Below are positions 28,223 through 41,865 of a DNA stretch of 64,000 nucleotides, piece by piece (the first letter of the stretch is position 1; each line of letters begins with the position of its first letter). The position numbers were made by a program, and so were the translations under genes. The notes under the pieces were generated by a model. That model was not told the DNA's origin, searched no databases, and saw nothing but the letters and a program-made list of their open reading frames with translations. The DNA comes from Octopus vulgaris (Eukaryota): assembly GCA_951406725.2 (NCBI GenBank), contig OX597837.1, positions 5,704,001-5,768,000 on the forward strand. Direction: 5' to 3'.

Positions 28223-28576
28223 TATATACACCCCTTAAAACGAAATATCGATTTCTCCAAATATTAGCAGATTTCTGCTGAAACGCCATGTGACGAGTAT
28301 GTACGCTTAAAAGCATTTCCTCTCTATTCTTATGCTCACCTAGTTTAACTAAGTGCATGCCATTCAACCCCTTCATATATTCTTATATTCTTATATTCTT
28401 ACGTTCTCATATTCTTATATTTAGACAGTGCTGGGGTGCTGAGGTTTGTATTAGTATATTCCTAAGTACTATGCTGAAATCGTGTCTAATCTAGAAAGCT
28501 AATCCGTGTTTTAGTGCGTCTGCGTGCATAAATATTTCTGCGTAGGTGTGTGGTGGTGTAAGTATGCGCGCGCGTG

Positions 28577-28615
<39 letters not shown>

Positions 28616-28711
28616 ATGTGGATGTATGTGTATATGTGTGATTGTGTGTGGGTAAAGAGCTAAAGTGAAAATCATGAACTTTTCTTAATGTATGGCCATG
28701 ATGCCTGTATG

Positions 28712-28762
<51 letters not shown>

Positions 28763-28824
28763 ATGTATATATATCTATCTATATATATATATATATATAG
28801 TATGTATCTGTGTATCTATTTATC

Positions 28825-28953
<129 letters not shown>

Positions 28954-29006
28954 TATATATATATATACGCACACACATATATATACATATATATACATAT
29001 ACATCT

Positions 29007-29095
<89 letters not shown>

Positions 29096-29804
29096 CAAAC
29101 ATGGACGTAAGTAGTGCTAATTTAGTTCATACAAGCGAGATGTTTTTAACGACTGATATAGTGCACAACTATGTTAATAGTATTTGCTGCAATGACTGTA
29201 TTTCTCTATGACAAGAGAAATCACTATGATGAGTTTCAATACATATCAGATGCAGGAACTATGAAACATTTATCTGACATTATTCCGTAGAATATCAAAC
29301 AAGTCCTTCATTTTTGGTCCAATGTCATTCGTTTAGTCATACAATATAGTGCTGTTGCTGCTTCCATCGGACTTTTGAACGCATCTTTTGAAAAGAATTC
29401 TGATGAAGTGCATAAGTTCCCCTCTCCACACGCACAGATCTCGTCAGGCTCGTACAGCAGCGAATGACATATTTCCGAGAATTGTTCTGGATGCTGGGCT
29501 GATAACAATCAACGCAGGTCACCAGTTATTGTTTGTTTAGTAGCGACATCAATTCCCATCAATATTCCTTGTCTGTAAATTACTAGGACAGAGTGTTTGT
29601 TGCGACCCTCCTCAGTCTGTGAAGGGGTTTTTGGTGTTTTAGAGACATCAGTTCGCTGCTGTATAAATTTGACTGACGTGTGCGTATCTTGTAATGTGTA
29701 TGTATTTTGTGCATCACACACGCCGGATACGCACACGCAAATAGTGACACACACATCAGGTATGCACGCACGCACTAAAGCGTGCAGACATACACAAAGA
29801 TACA

Positions 29805-29837
<33 letters not shown>

Positions 29838-29838
<1 letters not shown>

Positions 29839-30258
29839 CACTTCCCGAGCGTTATACTAATACGTCTGTTTGTTGTCTACATCATCATCATTCATCATTC
29901 TTCGACCGTGGTCGAGACAATGGAATTTATCATGCTACGCCAGACTTCACGGTCCATTGTGGCATTACGGTGGTCCTGTTTCTTGATGTCTGTATCCCTG
30001 GAGATTACATCAGGGTAGGAGAGCGTGCGCCCTCTGGTATTGCGAGTAGATGGCTTCCAGAGGAGAAGAGTAGAAATTACCTCTTTTTCAGCTCTACAAC
30101 AATGTCCAGCAAACTGGACTCTCTTACCTTTCACAAGACATGACACAGGTGGTAGTTTCCCATATATTTGCACTTTGGTTGGATGGCGCTTCCACGAGAG
30201 ATTTTGTTGTCTACACCACCTGTCTTCATCTTTTGTTTTTTTTTTGTGAATTTTCCCG
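29838..30258 (+). mobile_element. Family D partial copy split by an RTE insertion
   Basis: cccgagcgttatactaatac...ttgtctac | insertion | accacctgtcttc. Confidence 0.8.
29881..30202 (-). mobile_element. 5'-truncated RTE-clade LINE
   Basis: LSWKRHPT..IYGKLPPVS..RVQFAGHCCR..LLWKP..RGR..Y.D...MDREVWR; (TGA)-type tail; 12-bp TSD tttgttgtctac at 29869-29880 and 30203-30214. Confidence 0.9.
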
Positions 30259-30281
30259 ATATATATATATATATACACATG

Positions 30282-30331
<50 letters not shown>

Positions 30332-31314
30332 CACACACTCGCATATGAGAATAAAAGGACGTTGGACCTGAGTTCTAGAAAATAGCGCTTGGAGGAGAGT
30401 ACCTATTAGAACGAAACGGTCTTATGACTAACAAGAAGCTCAACAAAGAAATGATGCGTCTGGAAAGACATGTTTAAAATTCTTGACAAAAGTTCCTAGA
30501 CGGAAATATTCATTAGAGCAATGATCAATGAAATTCCTATAGAAAAATTAGAATGAAGGTACATTTCGACAATGAATTAAAGTCTCCAACGTGTTAAAAA
30601 GAAGAGGACCCCATTATGTTATCAACTCGATTCCGAATTCGTCCAAGTTAAGTTAGCATCATGCCTTATTTGGAAGCTGGTCTTGCAAGACATAACAGCC
30701 AAAACGCTGCCAAAATGCACTCTATTTTTTTATGGTGATGTTTCTTGACTATAGAGGAATAAACCTCGGGACGGTTACATTTTCGGATGCCATTGAACAT
30801 ACGCCAGCTCATTCAGAGCTAGTCTGAGGACTAAAAAACCCACAAGAACAAAAACCATAATGGCAGAGAAGGCACATATATGCTGTTACCTGACTCTAGA
30901 AATAGCGCCTAAATCTTTTGAGAATCCCTGGCATCATAACATAATACTACAAAGGTCATGATTTGAATATCTTTGACCATATGACTGCTGGACTGGACTA
31001 ACAAAGGGTTAAGAAATAATCTCTACACACTTACAGTAATGTAGCCCAAGCGATCACATTATTTCTAATGTAAAGCTACTCCACTAAGCTTTCATATTTC
31101 GAAATGTCTCCCTGTCAACCATGGGCTAAACCTCAAACTGTAAGTCTTATAGTAATGCAGAATACGTAGGTGCATTTTTATTTTTAATGCAACCGCTAAT
31201 GCTAATCCTGTAAAATCTCCATATTTTAAAATCTCGCCGTAATAATCTAATGTCCATTAATAATAATTCTAAAGTTAATTCCATGTTGTTTCCATATTAT
31301 TTCCAAATATAGAA

Positions 31315-31785
31315 CGCGGAGAAGGGCAGCAAAAGGCGGCGAAGTGTGGCGAAGGCAGCGAAATGCGGCGATGGGTGGCATAGGGCGACGAAGAGCGGCG
31401 AATAGCGGTGAAGGGCGGTGAAGGGCGGTGAAGGGCGGTGAAGGTCGTCGAAGGGCGGCGAATGCAGCGAAGGGCGCCATCGGGTTGCGTAGGGCGGCGT
31501 AGGGCGGCGTAGGGCGGCGTAGGGCGGCGTAGGGCGGCGTAGGGCGGCGAAGTGCGGCGAAGTGCGGCGAAGTGCGGCGAAGTGCGGCGAAGTGCGGCGA
31601 GGGCAGTGAAATGCGGTGATGGGCGGCAAAGTGCGGCGAAGAGCGGTGAAGGGTAGCGAAGGTCGTCGAAGGGCAGCCAATGCAGCGAAGGGCGGCGAAT
31701 GCAGCGAAGGGCGCCGCCGGGTGGCGTAGGGCGGCGTAGGGCGGCGTAGGGCGGCGAAAGGTGTCGTAGGGTGATGAAAGGGCAA
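31315..31785. repeat. GC-rich 10-bp minisatellite (AGGGCGGCGT / AAGTGCGGCG / AAGGGCGGTG)
   Basis: Blocks of variant decamers seen directly. Confidence 0.9.
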
Positions 31786-31819
31786 ATGAGGTGGGGGTAA
31801 AGGACGGCTGAGGTTGGTG

Positions 31820-32030
31820 GTAAGCGGCCTGCTAGCAGGGTCGTTAGAGTGTCGGAAAAAATGCTTTCAAGATTTCTTCCGTTTGTATGTCTGTGAGTTC
31901 AAATTCCACCGACATCAACGTCTTTAATCCTTTCGAGGTCAATAAAATAAATTAATATTCACGCACTGGAATCGAAGACATCGGTTCCTCTATTATCCAA
32001 ATTGCAGTCTTTGAGTCTAAAACAGAAGCA
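31820..32030 (+). mobile_element. Diverged SINE family C
   Basis: gtcgttagag...gagttcaaattccaccgac. Confidence 0.65.
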
Positions 32031-32139
32031 GACATTTTTTATTAATCCACAAGATGTCTGCACAACGCCATCATGACAGGAGACGCCATACCATATCACA
32101 CAATGGGGTCAGTATACAGGTACCACAGTACACTACGCC

Positions 32140-32260
32140 AGCACTGGATTAACCATTAAGCAAAATACGCATGTGCTTAGGGCATCAAGGGAATCAGATA
32201 TATGGAGACACCAAAAGCTTTCATGTGCTTAGGGGCTCTATGGGTCTTAATCCGGCCATA
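32140..32260. mobile_element. Small MITE remnant
   Basis: Imperfect TIRs ctggattaa / ttaatccgg; internal catgtgcttaggg occurs twice. Confidence 0.4.
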
Positions 32261-32446
32261 CCCATGCTGTAGAATAACGTCAGAGGTCTATCACTACAGG
32301 ACCTCAGATTCACACCAAAATCCGCGCTATGACCCCCGGTCAGCACGTCACGTAATAGAAGTAACCACTCTGTAAATACACCCACACCACTGCAAGAAGA
32401 GAGAAAATGGCCTTGATCATTTGACCATTAGTACAAAACTCAGCCG

Positions 32447-32605
32447 TTGGCTGTGTGGTAAGTAGCTTGCTTACCAGCCACATTGTTCCGTGTTCAATCC
32501 CACTGCGTAGCACCTTGGGCAAGTGTTTTCTACTACTATAGCCTCGGGCCGACCAAAGCCTTGTGAGTGGATTTGGTAGACGGAAACTGAAAGAAGCCCG
32601 TCGTA

Positions 32606-32646
<41 letters not shown>

Positions 32647-32862
32647 GTGTGTTTGTGTGTCTGTCTTTCTCTCCCAACATCGCTTTACAACCGATGCTAG
32701 TGTGTTTACGTTCGCGTCACTTAGCGGTTCGGCAAAAGGGACCCTATAGAATATGTACTAGGCTTACAAAGAATAAGTCGTGGGGTCGATTTGCTCGACT
32801 AAAGGCGGTACTCCAGCATGGCCACATTCAAATGAGTGAACCAAGTAAAAGAGTAAAGAGAG
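32447..32862 (+). mobile_element. Full-length SINE family A
   Basis: tRNA-like head, CORE-like accttgggcaagt, internal TA/TG tract, tail gtaaaagag. Confidence 0.9.
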
Positions 32863-33559
32863 TAATCGATCACGCCATGTGAGGCCAACCTCATCACTGC
32901 TCCGCCTTGTTATGCGCTTACTACACCACACTGTACCACATCACACCACGTCACCAGAGCTACAGAATCTTACGTGGCTATAAGAAACTACCAGTCGGTC
33001 CCCCGCCAATCCAATCCAAGCCATATCTGACCATGCCCTCGTTACTCTACTACCGTCACCACCACCATCACCACCACCACTACCACCACCGCTATGGCAT
33101 CACGTTACAACATCCCATGAACTGTAATTGTCCACGGTATATTATACCTTAATGTCATTACCGCGCCACAACCAAATCGTTACCACGCCGCTGCTCGGCA
33201 ACAGAAACGGACACAGCGATAAGATACGACTGGACACTGTCGACACCCCGCTCCGCCATCGCCAAACCACGCCGTTTCCAACTCTAAACGAGTATCGGCT
33301 CGCTTCGCTTCGCCTTTTCTGCTACCTTCCTGCACTCCTCCGCCTCCTCCTTGCTCTTGACGCTATGTTACATGCACTGTAATTGCTCTTTGTCTCACGC
33401 CTCGCATCATTATGTGTTGATTGCAATTAACACAAAAGGAGAAGCCACAGCCGAAGATTTTACGAGCGGATAACTAACTCGTGATAAATATCGCTTCCTA
33501 TATCATCATCGTCGTCGTCTTCCCTTACCGTTACCCATTTTACGATTCCACTCCGCCCA

Positions 33560-34001
33560 AACAGCACCGTCACAGCCACCGTTACCACAACCAAAAGAAT
33601 CAGCAGAAGCACCACCATCACCACCACCACCACCATCACAACCAACATCACCACTACAACCGCTACCATCACGTTCACCATTACAACCAACATCACCACC
33701 ACCATCACCACCACTACAACCAACATCAACACCACAACCACTAACACCACCGCCACCAGCACCATCACAACCACTACCATCACCAACAGCACCACAACCA
33801 TAACTACCACTACCTCCACCACCACCAACAACAACACCATCACTACCTCCACCACCACCACCACCAACAACACGACCACCACCTCCACCACCACCACCAT
33901 CACCATCACTAACACCATCACTACCACCACGACGAAGACGACGACGACCACCACCACCAACACTACCACCATCATAACCACCCCGCCCCACCCCCAATAC
34001 T

Positions 34002-34051
<50 letters not shown>

Positions 34052-34560
34052 AACCACCACCACCATCACCACCGCCACCACCACCACTACTACTTAGCCG
34101 CAGAAAGCATGTAACTAGCATTATCATTACAACCACAGCCACTACTACCATCACGGCATCCACAATCACACACATTACCACCGCCATCACCACCACCACC
34201 ACCACCACCACAACAACCGCCGCCACCACTAACACCAAAACCACCGCTGCCTCCACTACAACTACTACTACTACCCCCCCCCAGTCACTACTACGACTAC
34301 TACTACTACTACTATTATCACCAGAGCCGACACTACCACAGATCTGCCATCACAGTAAGGACTACTGCCAATTCGAACCTCCTCATCCACCTCCACCACG
34401 ACCATCTCCACCACCATTACACCGCCATCTTCACAACGAACGCGTTACCACCACTACTGCTAGAACCATCTCGATCCTCACCCATCACAGCCCCTAACTT
34501 CCCAAAGCTGCCACCACAACTACCACCATGACCAGTATAATTATCACCACCACTAACTCT
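33560..34560. repeat. Degenerate (CAC/TAC)n low-complexity tract
   Basis: Seen directly. Confidence 0.9.
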
Positions 34561-34768
34561 ACTTCTACTCTATCCTAACCCCTCCTCCTTCTCCTTCCCT
34601 TATTTTCACCTCCTCCCTTTCTTCGCCTCCCCCCTTCCTCTTTTCCCCTACAGCTAACTTTGGTACCTCGTTACAATTTACTATGACAGCCAGCCCTAAA
34701 TATCACGTCACAACAAGGAATAAAACGAATGTCTTGATTGGCCGGTTATTAATCAACTTGTTCCTTCA

Positions 34769-34799
<31 letters not shown>

Positions 34800-35054
34800 T
34801 ACACGAACGCACGCACGCATGCACGCGCACACACACACGACACTACACCACAAGTCGCACACACATTCACATGCACATGCATATATAGATACATGTATAG
34901 ATTTGTATGCTTATGAATTGAATTGAACTAGTTTAGATTCAGCTCACGAGGTGTGGCCATGCTGGAGTATAGATATATATTTCACACACACACACACACA
35001 CATGCACACACACACACATGCACACACACACACATACATACACACACACACATA

Positions 35055-35246
35055 TAAAGGGAAAGTTTACGAAAATAAACAAAAGAGGAAGACAGGTGGT
35101 ATACAAAACAAGCAAATGTATTAGTATAACGCTCAGGAATAGAAAAAACTATTTTACGTTTCGAGCCTATGCTCTTCTACAGAAAGGGACACAGAAAAAA
35201 CAAGGAGAGAAAAAAATACGTGTAGTAGCTAACGATCTATCATGGC

Positions 35247-35247
<1 letters not shown>
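35055..35247 (-). mobile_element. Family D with a variant hammerhead (35152-35186)
   Basis: Minus strand: cttt CTGTAGA a GAGC-atag-GCTC GAAAC GTA aaa. Confidence 0.75.
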
Positions 35248-35283
<36 letters not shown>

Positions 35284-35291
<8 letters not shown>

Positions 35292-35594
35292 ATGTTACAT
35301 TACTCGGTAGTCAAGATAAAACTCTGAGTTTCAGATGCCGAAGTGGAAATCCACAACACCATCTCTTCGGTTATCTGGCTATTTGAAAACGTTATGAAAA
35401 AATACCCTATTTTTTCATAACGTTTTCAAATAGCCAGATAACCGAAGAGATGGTGTTGTGGATTTCCACTTCGGCATCTGAAACTCAGAGTTTTATCTTG
35501 ACTACCGAGTAATGTAACATATTGTATAGATAAATTTCCTCTATTTACATAATATTGAGGTCTCTTTCTTTCTTTTGTTATCTTACCGTTTTAT

Positions 35595-35598
<4 letters not shown>
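35284..35598 (+). mobile_element. TA-flanked pLTR-like element with a perfect 121-bp inverted repeat
   Basis: 35284-35404 is the reverse complement of 35408-35528 (spacer ccc); related fragment at 42800-42915. Confidence 0.8.
35436..35498 (+). ncRNA. Variant type I hammerhead (mirror copy on minus strand at 35314-35376)
   Basis: Stem I AGATAA/TTATCT; core CCGAAGA; stem II GATG..GTGG-attt-CCAC..CATC with one extra T; GAAA; stem III ACTC-A-GAGT; GUU site. Confidence 0.7.
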
Positions 35599-35687
<89 letters not shown>

Positions 35688-35980
35688 GTCATCCATAAAT
35701 AATGCGGTTTTTGAATAATACTATGTAACAAAATTATAATATAATTAATTCTTGTCTCCTGTGTTATTTCGTATTTGCTTCTACCTAGAAAGCAAAGGAA
35801 ATGACAACTATTTCCTCCTAACTTTACTTTTGATCTGGACATCAATGTTTTGAAACTCACCTATATTCCATTTCGTCTCCGAAAGATTCGGCACTGAATT
35901 TGAAACCAGAGATATCGTTACAGCAAATATTCTACTCAATATCACAGATCTGCTTGTTTTTAGTCAGTATGATGAAAATC

Positions 35981-36285
35981 GAGGAGGCACATAGCCTAGT
36001 GGTTAGAGCAGCGGACTGGCGGTCGAGGTATCGTGGGCTCGAATCTCAGACCGGGTGATGTGTGTGTTTATGAGCGAAAACACCTAAGCTCCACGCGGCT
36101 CCGGCAGAAGGTAATGGCGAACCTCTGCTGACACTTTCGCCACAACTTTTCTCTCACTTTTTCCTCCTGCATCTTGCATCTCACCTGCGACGGACCGGCG
36201 TCCCATCAAGGTGGGGAACCTATACGCCACGGAAACCGGGAAACTGGCCCTATGAGCCAGGGATGGCTATAGAAGGCTCAAACAA
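35981..36285 (+). mobile_element. SINE B-type head + tail Z
   Basis: 10-bp TSD gatgaaaatc (35971-35980 and 36286-36295); same family as 47811-48121. Confidence 0.9.
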
Positions 36286-36299
36286 GATGAAAATCCTTT

Positions 36300-36880
36300 C
36301 TAATTTTGGGGAAAGGAGACCAAACCGATTACATCGACCCCAGGATTTGACTAGTATTTGAACCTATCTGTCCCCGATGGGATAAAAGTTAAAGTTGACC
36401 TCGACTGGATATGAACGCAGAAAGTAAAGAGCTTGAATACCGCTAAATATTTTGTTCGACGCAATGACACTAACTCTATCAACTGTAAATAAAGCCAGAG
36501 ATTAGGAGAGAGCTAGTTGATTACAGCGACTCCAGTTTTGGAATGGTAATTTATTTGATCGATCCCCGAAAATATAAAAGGCAAACATGACCGCGGAGGG
36601 GGTTAGAGCCAAAATAAATGTTCTTAAGCAATATTGCCCGAACAGATAACGACTCTTACTCGACTCCTTAAGTCATAAACAACAAGGACTAACATTTTTT
36701 TGGGAAAGGGATAGACAATAACATCGTACTCAATGCATGAGGGGTAGATTTTCGTCGATCCCGTAAAGGTACTTTAGGCTAGATTGACCTCTACAGGTAA
36801 AGGGCTCAGAACGTAAACAACCATAAGAAATGGCGCTAAACATTATTGAGTTAACAATTTTGCTAACTCGTCGCGTTAAG
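36300..36880 (-). mobile_element. Three old SINE family C relics in series
   Basis: Repeated tacatcgacccc...aaagttgacctc-like segments ~190-200 bp apart. Confidence 0.6.
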
Positions 36881-37266
36881 GTATAAGCAACAACTATAAC
36901 AACCCATATAATTTCAATCAATCACTCTTAATGTCCTACTTGAAATCTTAATCTGCCTGCTCGTGTTTCCTTAATTAAATTCTGTTCACATCACATTTCC
37001 AGTGATTCTGTTCTAATTACTGTCACATTTCTGCTCGCTCGCCACAATATACTCATACGTCGTTATTTCGCTCATTCAATTTGTTATACAATTCATTAAA
37101 ACTTTTGGCTCCTTTCGGAGAAATTTACTTTGTTTATAATCATTACTGAATTCTTTACATTTAATATATTGCTTCCCGCCCGCCTCCTACGATCATTATT
37201 AATTCGTGAGTTTCATTAGCATATAGAGTATGATTTTTAGAGTTTTGCTTTGTATTTAAACGTGTG

Positions 37267-37362
<96 letters not shown>

Positions 37363-37487
37363 GTTTGTGTGTCTGTGTGTGTATGTATATATATAGATAT
37401 ATATCCATATTCATACATGTATGCATATATAGATACATATATATGCATGTATGTATAAATATATATATATATACACATAAGATTTTA

Positions 37488-37526
<39 letters not shown>

Positions 37527-37706
37527 ACATACACACATATACACGCTCACACACACACCTATGTAGTAAGCTAGTGGAAAAGTAATTACGCGTTTAAATC
37601 ATCAAATTTAAATATATCTCAGTTCAGAACATATTAATTAAATGAATCTGAATTAGAATTCCTTTTTTATTCTATTATTACTATTATCATTATTATTATT
37701 ATTGAA

Positions 37707-37783
<77 letters not shown>

Positions 37784-37850
37784 TGTTATTATTATTATTA
37801 CTATTGTTATTATTATTATTACTATTGTTATTATTATTATTATTATCATC

Positions 37851-37903
<53 letters not shown>

Positions 37904-37904
<1 letters not shown>

Positions 37905-38457
37905 GAGTGAGCGAGCAGAGCATGCTATCAAAGTGACACTGGGGTAAAATATACGAAGCCCAGTATACCCATCATGACTACCCGTCTGATAAAGGTACAC
38001 CAGGCACATGCATCACAACCAAATGTGCGCGACATGGTGATCTTATATCAAGATAAACAGCACATGACCTTGCAGGTGGAGCCCAGTTAGAATTTTCTTC
38101 AGATCGAGTAACCCATCCCCTCAAAAGGTCCCTGAATAAGGGTTGTTTAAGGACGTTGAACGAAACACCCATGTTTCCAGAGGTGAATCATTCAAACCCC
38201 AAAGAATCCCTCTCAACACATGGCTATGATGCTCCCCCACTACTTCTGCTCGTGATCAGAGATGCACATATCGTCAGCCACTAAGGGACATGCTCAACTG
38301 GTTAAGGTCAAACAACTGACAAGCAAATCTGTGGTATTGAGCAGAATATTTGCTGTAGCCCATCTTTTATACCAAGACAAAACAATGTACATGATAACAC
38401 TTCCAATCAGTTAAGATCAGAAGCCATGAGAGCCACTGCCTGGTACTGCATCAGGGC

Positions 38458-38460
<3 letters not shown>
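37904..38460. mobile_element. ~555-bp interspersed element inserted in (TTA)n, unclassified
   Basis: Complex sequence bounded by (TTA)n on both sides; a fragment (tacagcaaatattct.ctcaata.cacagat) recurs at 35918-35957. Confidence 0.6.
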
Positions 38461-38489
<29 letters not shown>

Positions 38490-38490
<1 letters not shown>

Positions 38491-38760
38491 TTTTTTTTTC
38501 TTCTTTCAAATCTGCTTCCATTTCTTGCCGACTGTCTTCCCGACTCCTAGGGCAAAGAAACTCATTGTATATATTGGTAGGCCATTAAACCAAACTCAGT
38601 AATTCGTTCATTTTTTTTTTTTTAATTAAAATACATGAGCAGCAACAGTTCTCACATCGACAATGCTCTTCTCAATACGTGTGATGTACCAGTTAAGACA
38701 ATCTTTTGCACTTCTTGCAGGGATGGTAAGCCAGGGATCATTCTCATATAATTTTCGGTT
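38490..38760 (-). mobile_element. R4/Dong-clade LINE 3' end
   Basis: MIPGLPSLQEVQKIVLTGTSHVLRRALSM* plus 3' UTR running into (TAA)n. Confidence 0.8.
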
Positions 38761-38819
38761 CTTCTTCTTCTTCTTCTTCTTCTTCTTCTTCTTCTTCTTC
38801 TTCTTCTTCTTCTTCTTCT

Positions 38820-38866
<47 letters not shown>

Positions 38867-38935
38867 TTCTTCTTCTTCTTCTTCTTCTTCTTCTTCTTCT
38901 TCTTCTTCTTCTCTCTTCTTCTTCTTCTTCTTCTT

Positions 38936-39033
<98 letters not shown>

Positions 39034-39040
39034 TATTATT
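38759..39040. repeat. (TTC)n then (TTA)n microsatellite
   Basis: Seen directly. Confidence 0.95.
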
Positions 39041-39842
39041 TTGTAAACTGAGAAACAAGATTAGTCATTCAGGTGTCATAGAATTTGAGGAATTCTGGAA
39101 CAAATGAGTTCTTCGAGGATATCACTAAAATTCTGTTTCTTAGTTGTTTATAAACGTGTCCGCTGTCGAGGGTATAAGAATAAAGTAGCAGGCTGGAGAG
39201 AAAAGCTTGATTCGTCTCCTAGTTCTCTGAAATTCGCCGATTTTCTTCAGGATCTTATGAAAGTCGTCTGATATTTTGCTATGAAGATGTATCTGCCTCA
39301 CTTTGAATAAGCAATGGATGACGTAGATTTTGCAGTTATCAGCGGTGCATTTTTCGCTTGCAGTATTTGTGTACTATGATGTTTTAGACAGATCCAAGAC
39401 AATGTTAAAGAAGATTCTAACCAAACTCCAAATATGAGCAAATAATAAAAGTGATAATATAAGTATAAATCAATACAGAAAAAACTAAACTATTTCTGAA
39501 ATTTTATATTTTCGGGACGTAACAATATAAATAGTAATCACAAATGGAAGGTAAAACTGTAAACTATTTTTCTATGCAGCTTAACTTTGGAAAGTGTTCC
39601 GGAATTTCAGCTCACTCCTGTTTTTATGTGAAACGCCGTCGGTTGCTGTATAGGATTTGCTTTTTGTCGCACGGCACAATGCGTCCAAGAAAGTAATCAT
39701 ATTTTTGCTGCTGCCATAAGTTGCTTTGTGTTGTGTCCTTTTAATAAGGTCATACGCTTGTTGTTACTTGCCAAACATCACTTCTCTCATTTTCTTATCA
39801 GGTGTCAGCTCTAGGAGAATCTATATTATATCTGTTTAAGGT

Positions 39843-40250
39843 TAAGGCAGCGATCTGGCAGGAACATTAGCACGCCGGGATAGATGCTTAGCGTCATTCC
39901 GTCCTTCTGGGTTCAAACTCCACTGAGATCAACATTGCTTTTCATCCTCTGGGATCGACAAGTGTCAGTTGAGCAGAGGGGTGACGTTATCGACTAAAAC
40001 CGTCCCCCGAAATTGCTTCCCTTGTGTCAAAATTTCCAATCAGTATTGATCTATTGAAAGGCGACGAGCTGGCAGAGTCATTAGCTCGTCGGGCGAAATG
40101 CTTAGCAGCATTCCGTCCGTCTTACGTTCTAAGTTCAAATTCCGCAGATGCCAACTTTGCTTTTTATTCTTTCGGAGTTCGGCACTGGGGTCGACGTAAT
40201 CTACTAAACTCTTCACCCACGAAATTACTGTCCTCAATATCTGTTTCAAG
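39843..40250 (+). mobile_element. Two diverged SINE family C copies
   Basis: aaggc.gcga.ctggcag heads at ~39845 and ~40058. Confidence 0.75.
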
Positions 40251-40771
40251 TTGTCAGGGACTTTCCTTATCTTCATAGTCCGTGAACCATTACGATTATT
40301 TTTAGAAAATGTGTTTAAAATCTTTAGCGATTTTTGTCATCTTCAAACTTCTTGTCACCACTAAGAAATTGTTTCACATTTGCTGAATTACAGTACAAAA
40401 AATGATGATTCTCCGGCCGAAATATTAGTGATATACGACAAGCAGTTCTCCTAGCGTGCGCTTAAATTTGAACGGATCAAATATAGTAGTGAATTTGTTA
40501 TCTTGTTAACCTTTAGTTTGAAAGTGGGAAGGAAAAACGGGAATAAAATGCAAAAGCTAGTGTCTTTAGTAAAATTGAAAACAAGATCTGCTCTTTAAAA
40601 ATGTCATTTAAGGTAAATATAATGAAATACATTTTATTGTAAGGTAAAACTAAAGTTTAATGAAAAAATACAGCGAAGCAAAATTATTTTGCACTGAAGT
40701 GTACTCATAAAAATAATTAGACAATCACATTTACTATCTATACACAAGCATGAGAAGTCACAAATGCATAC

Positions 40772-40824
<53 letters not shown>

Positions 40825-40849
40825 TACATACATACATATACAAACATAT

Positions 40850-40880
<31 letters not shown>

Positions 40881-41027
40881 TATATATATATATACACCAA
40901 TTCAGAGTCTGTGCGTGCAACAATGCATATATGCATGCAGTATGCAATGTATGTGTATATATGTACATATAAATACGTATATTCATATATGCATGTATGC
41001 ATGCATCTACTGATAAATTAAAATGCA

Positions 41028-41058
<31 letters not shown>

Positions 41059-41064
41059 GTATAA

Positions 41065-41095
<31 letters not shown>

Positions 41096-41810
41096 TGTTT
41101 TTCTATATGTACGTATGTATGTAGGTATGTATGGGTTTGTGTATATATGTTTATACATACTGCTATTTACAGAAAGAAAAGGAGTGCTGAATTATTTAGT
41201 CTTATCTCATAAGTAAGTCATTTACGCAAGCCATTTTGGCATCTTCAGAGATAACTAAACTTACTAACTATATAAAGGCTGCACATATGTGTGAATGTGT
41301 GTGTGTGTGTGTGTGTTTGTGTGTGTGTGTGCGTGTGTGTGTACATTTTCATTGTACCTGTTTCAACGAAAAATAGAAACTAGGAAATATTCGCTAGTGA
41401 TGAAGAATCGAACAATAAATGACACAAATGTATATTTAGCAGAAGAAAAATGAAAGTGCGGTTATGGAAACGGTATAAAGGTCATAGGTCAACCTTATTG
41501 TTATACTGGAGCGTCTTCAAGAAGTGTTTATCAACGAACGGATCTAAGTAAATGTTGATAAACTCGAAAGCAGCGAAAAGAAAACGCACTTTAAATAATG
41601 AAGGATGATGGAATGGAATACAAATAAACAGAGACATGGTTTTTGGAAATCTTTTAAATCTTCCATTGTCCTCTGACCTCATTAGCATGAAAGGAACTCA
41701 TAGATTACACGTAACTATGAAATATTTATACATTCGGAGATATATGTACGTGTGTATGCATATGAATATATTCATATATATATATAGATATATATATACA
41801 TATACATATA

Positions 41811-41859
<49 letters not shown>

Positions 41860-41865
<6 letters not shown>

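Noticed and set aside
31247-31785. Pro/Arg/Ala-rich 162-aa ORF
   Set aside because: Product of a 10-bp minisatellite whose period is not a multiple of three.
38160-38285. CTGACGA...GAAACATGGGTGTT on the minus strand of the TTA-inserted element
   Set aside because: No stem I and no clear stem II closure.
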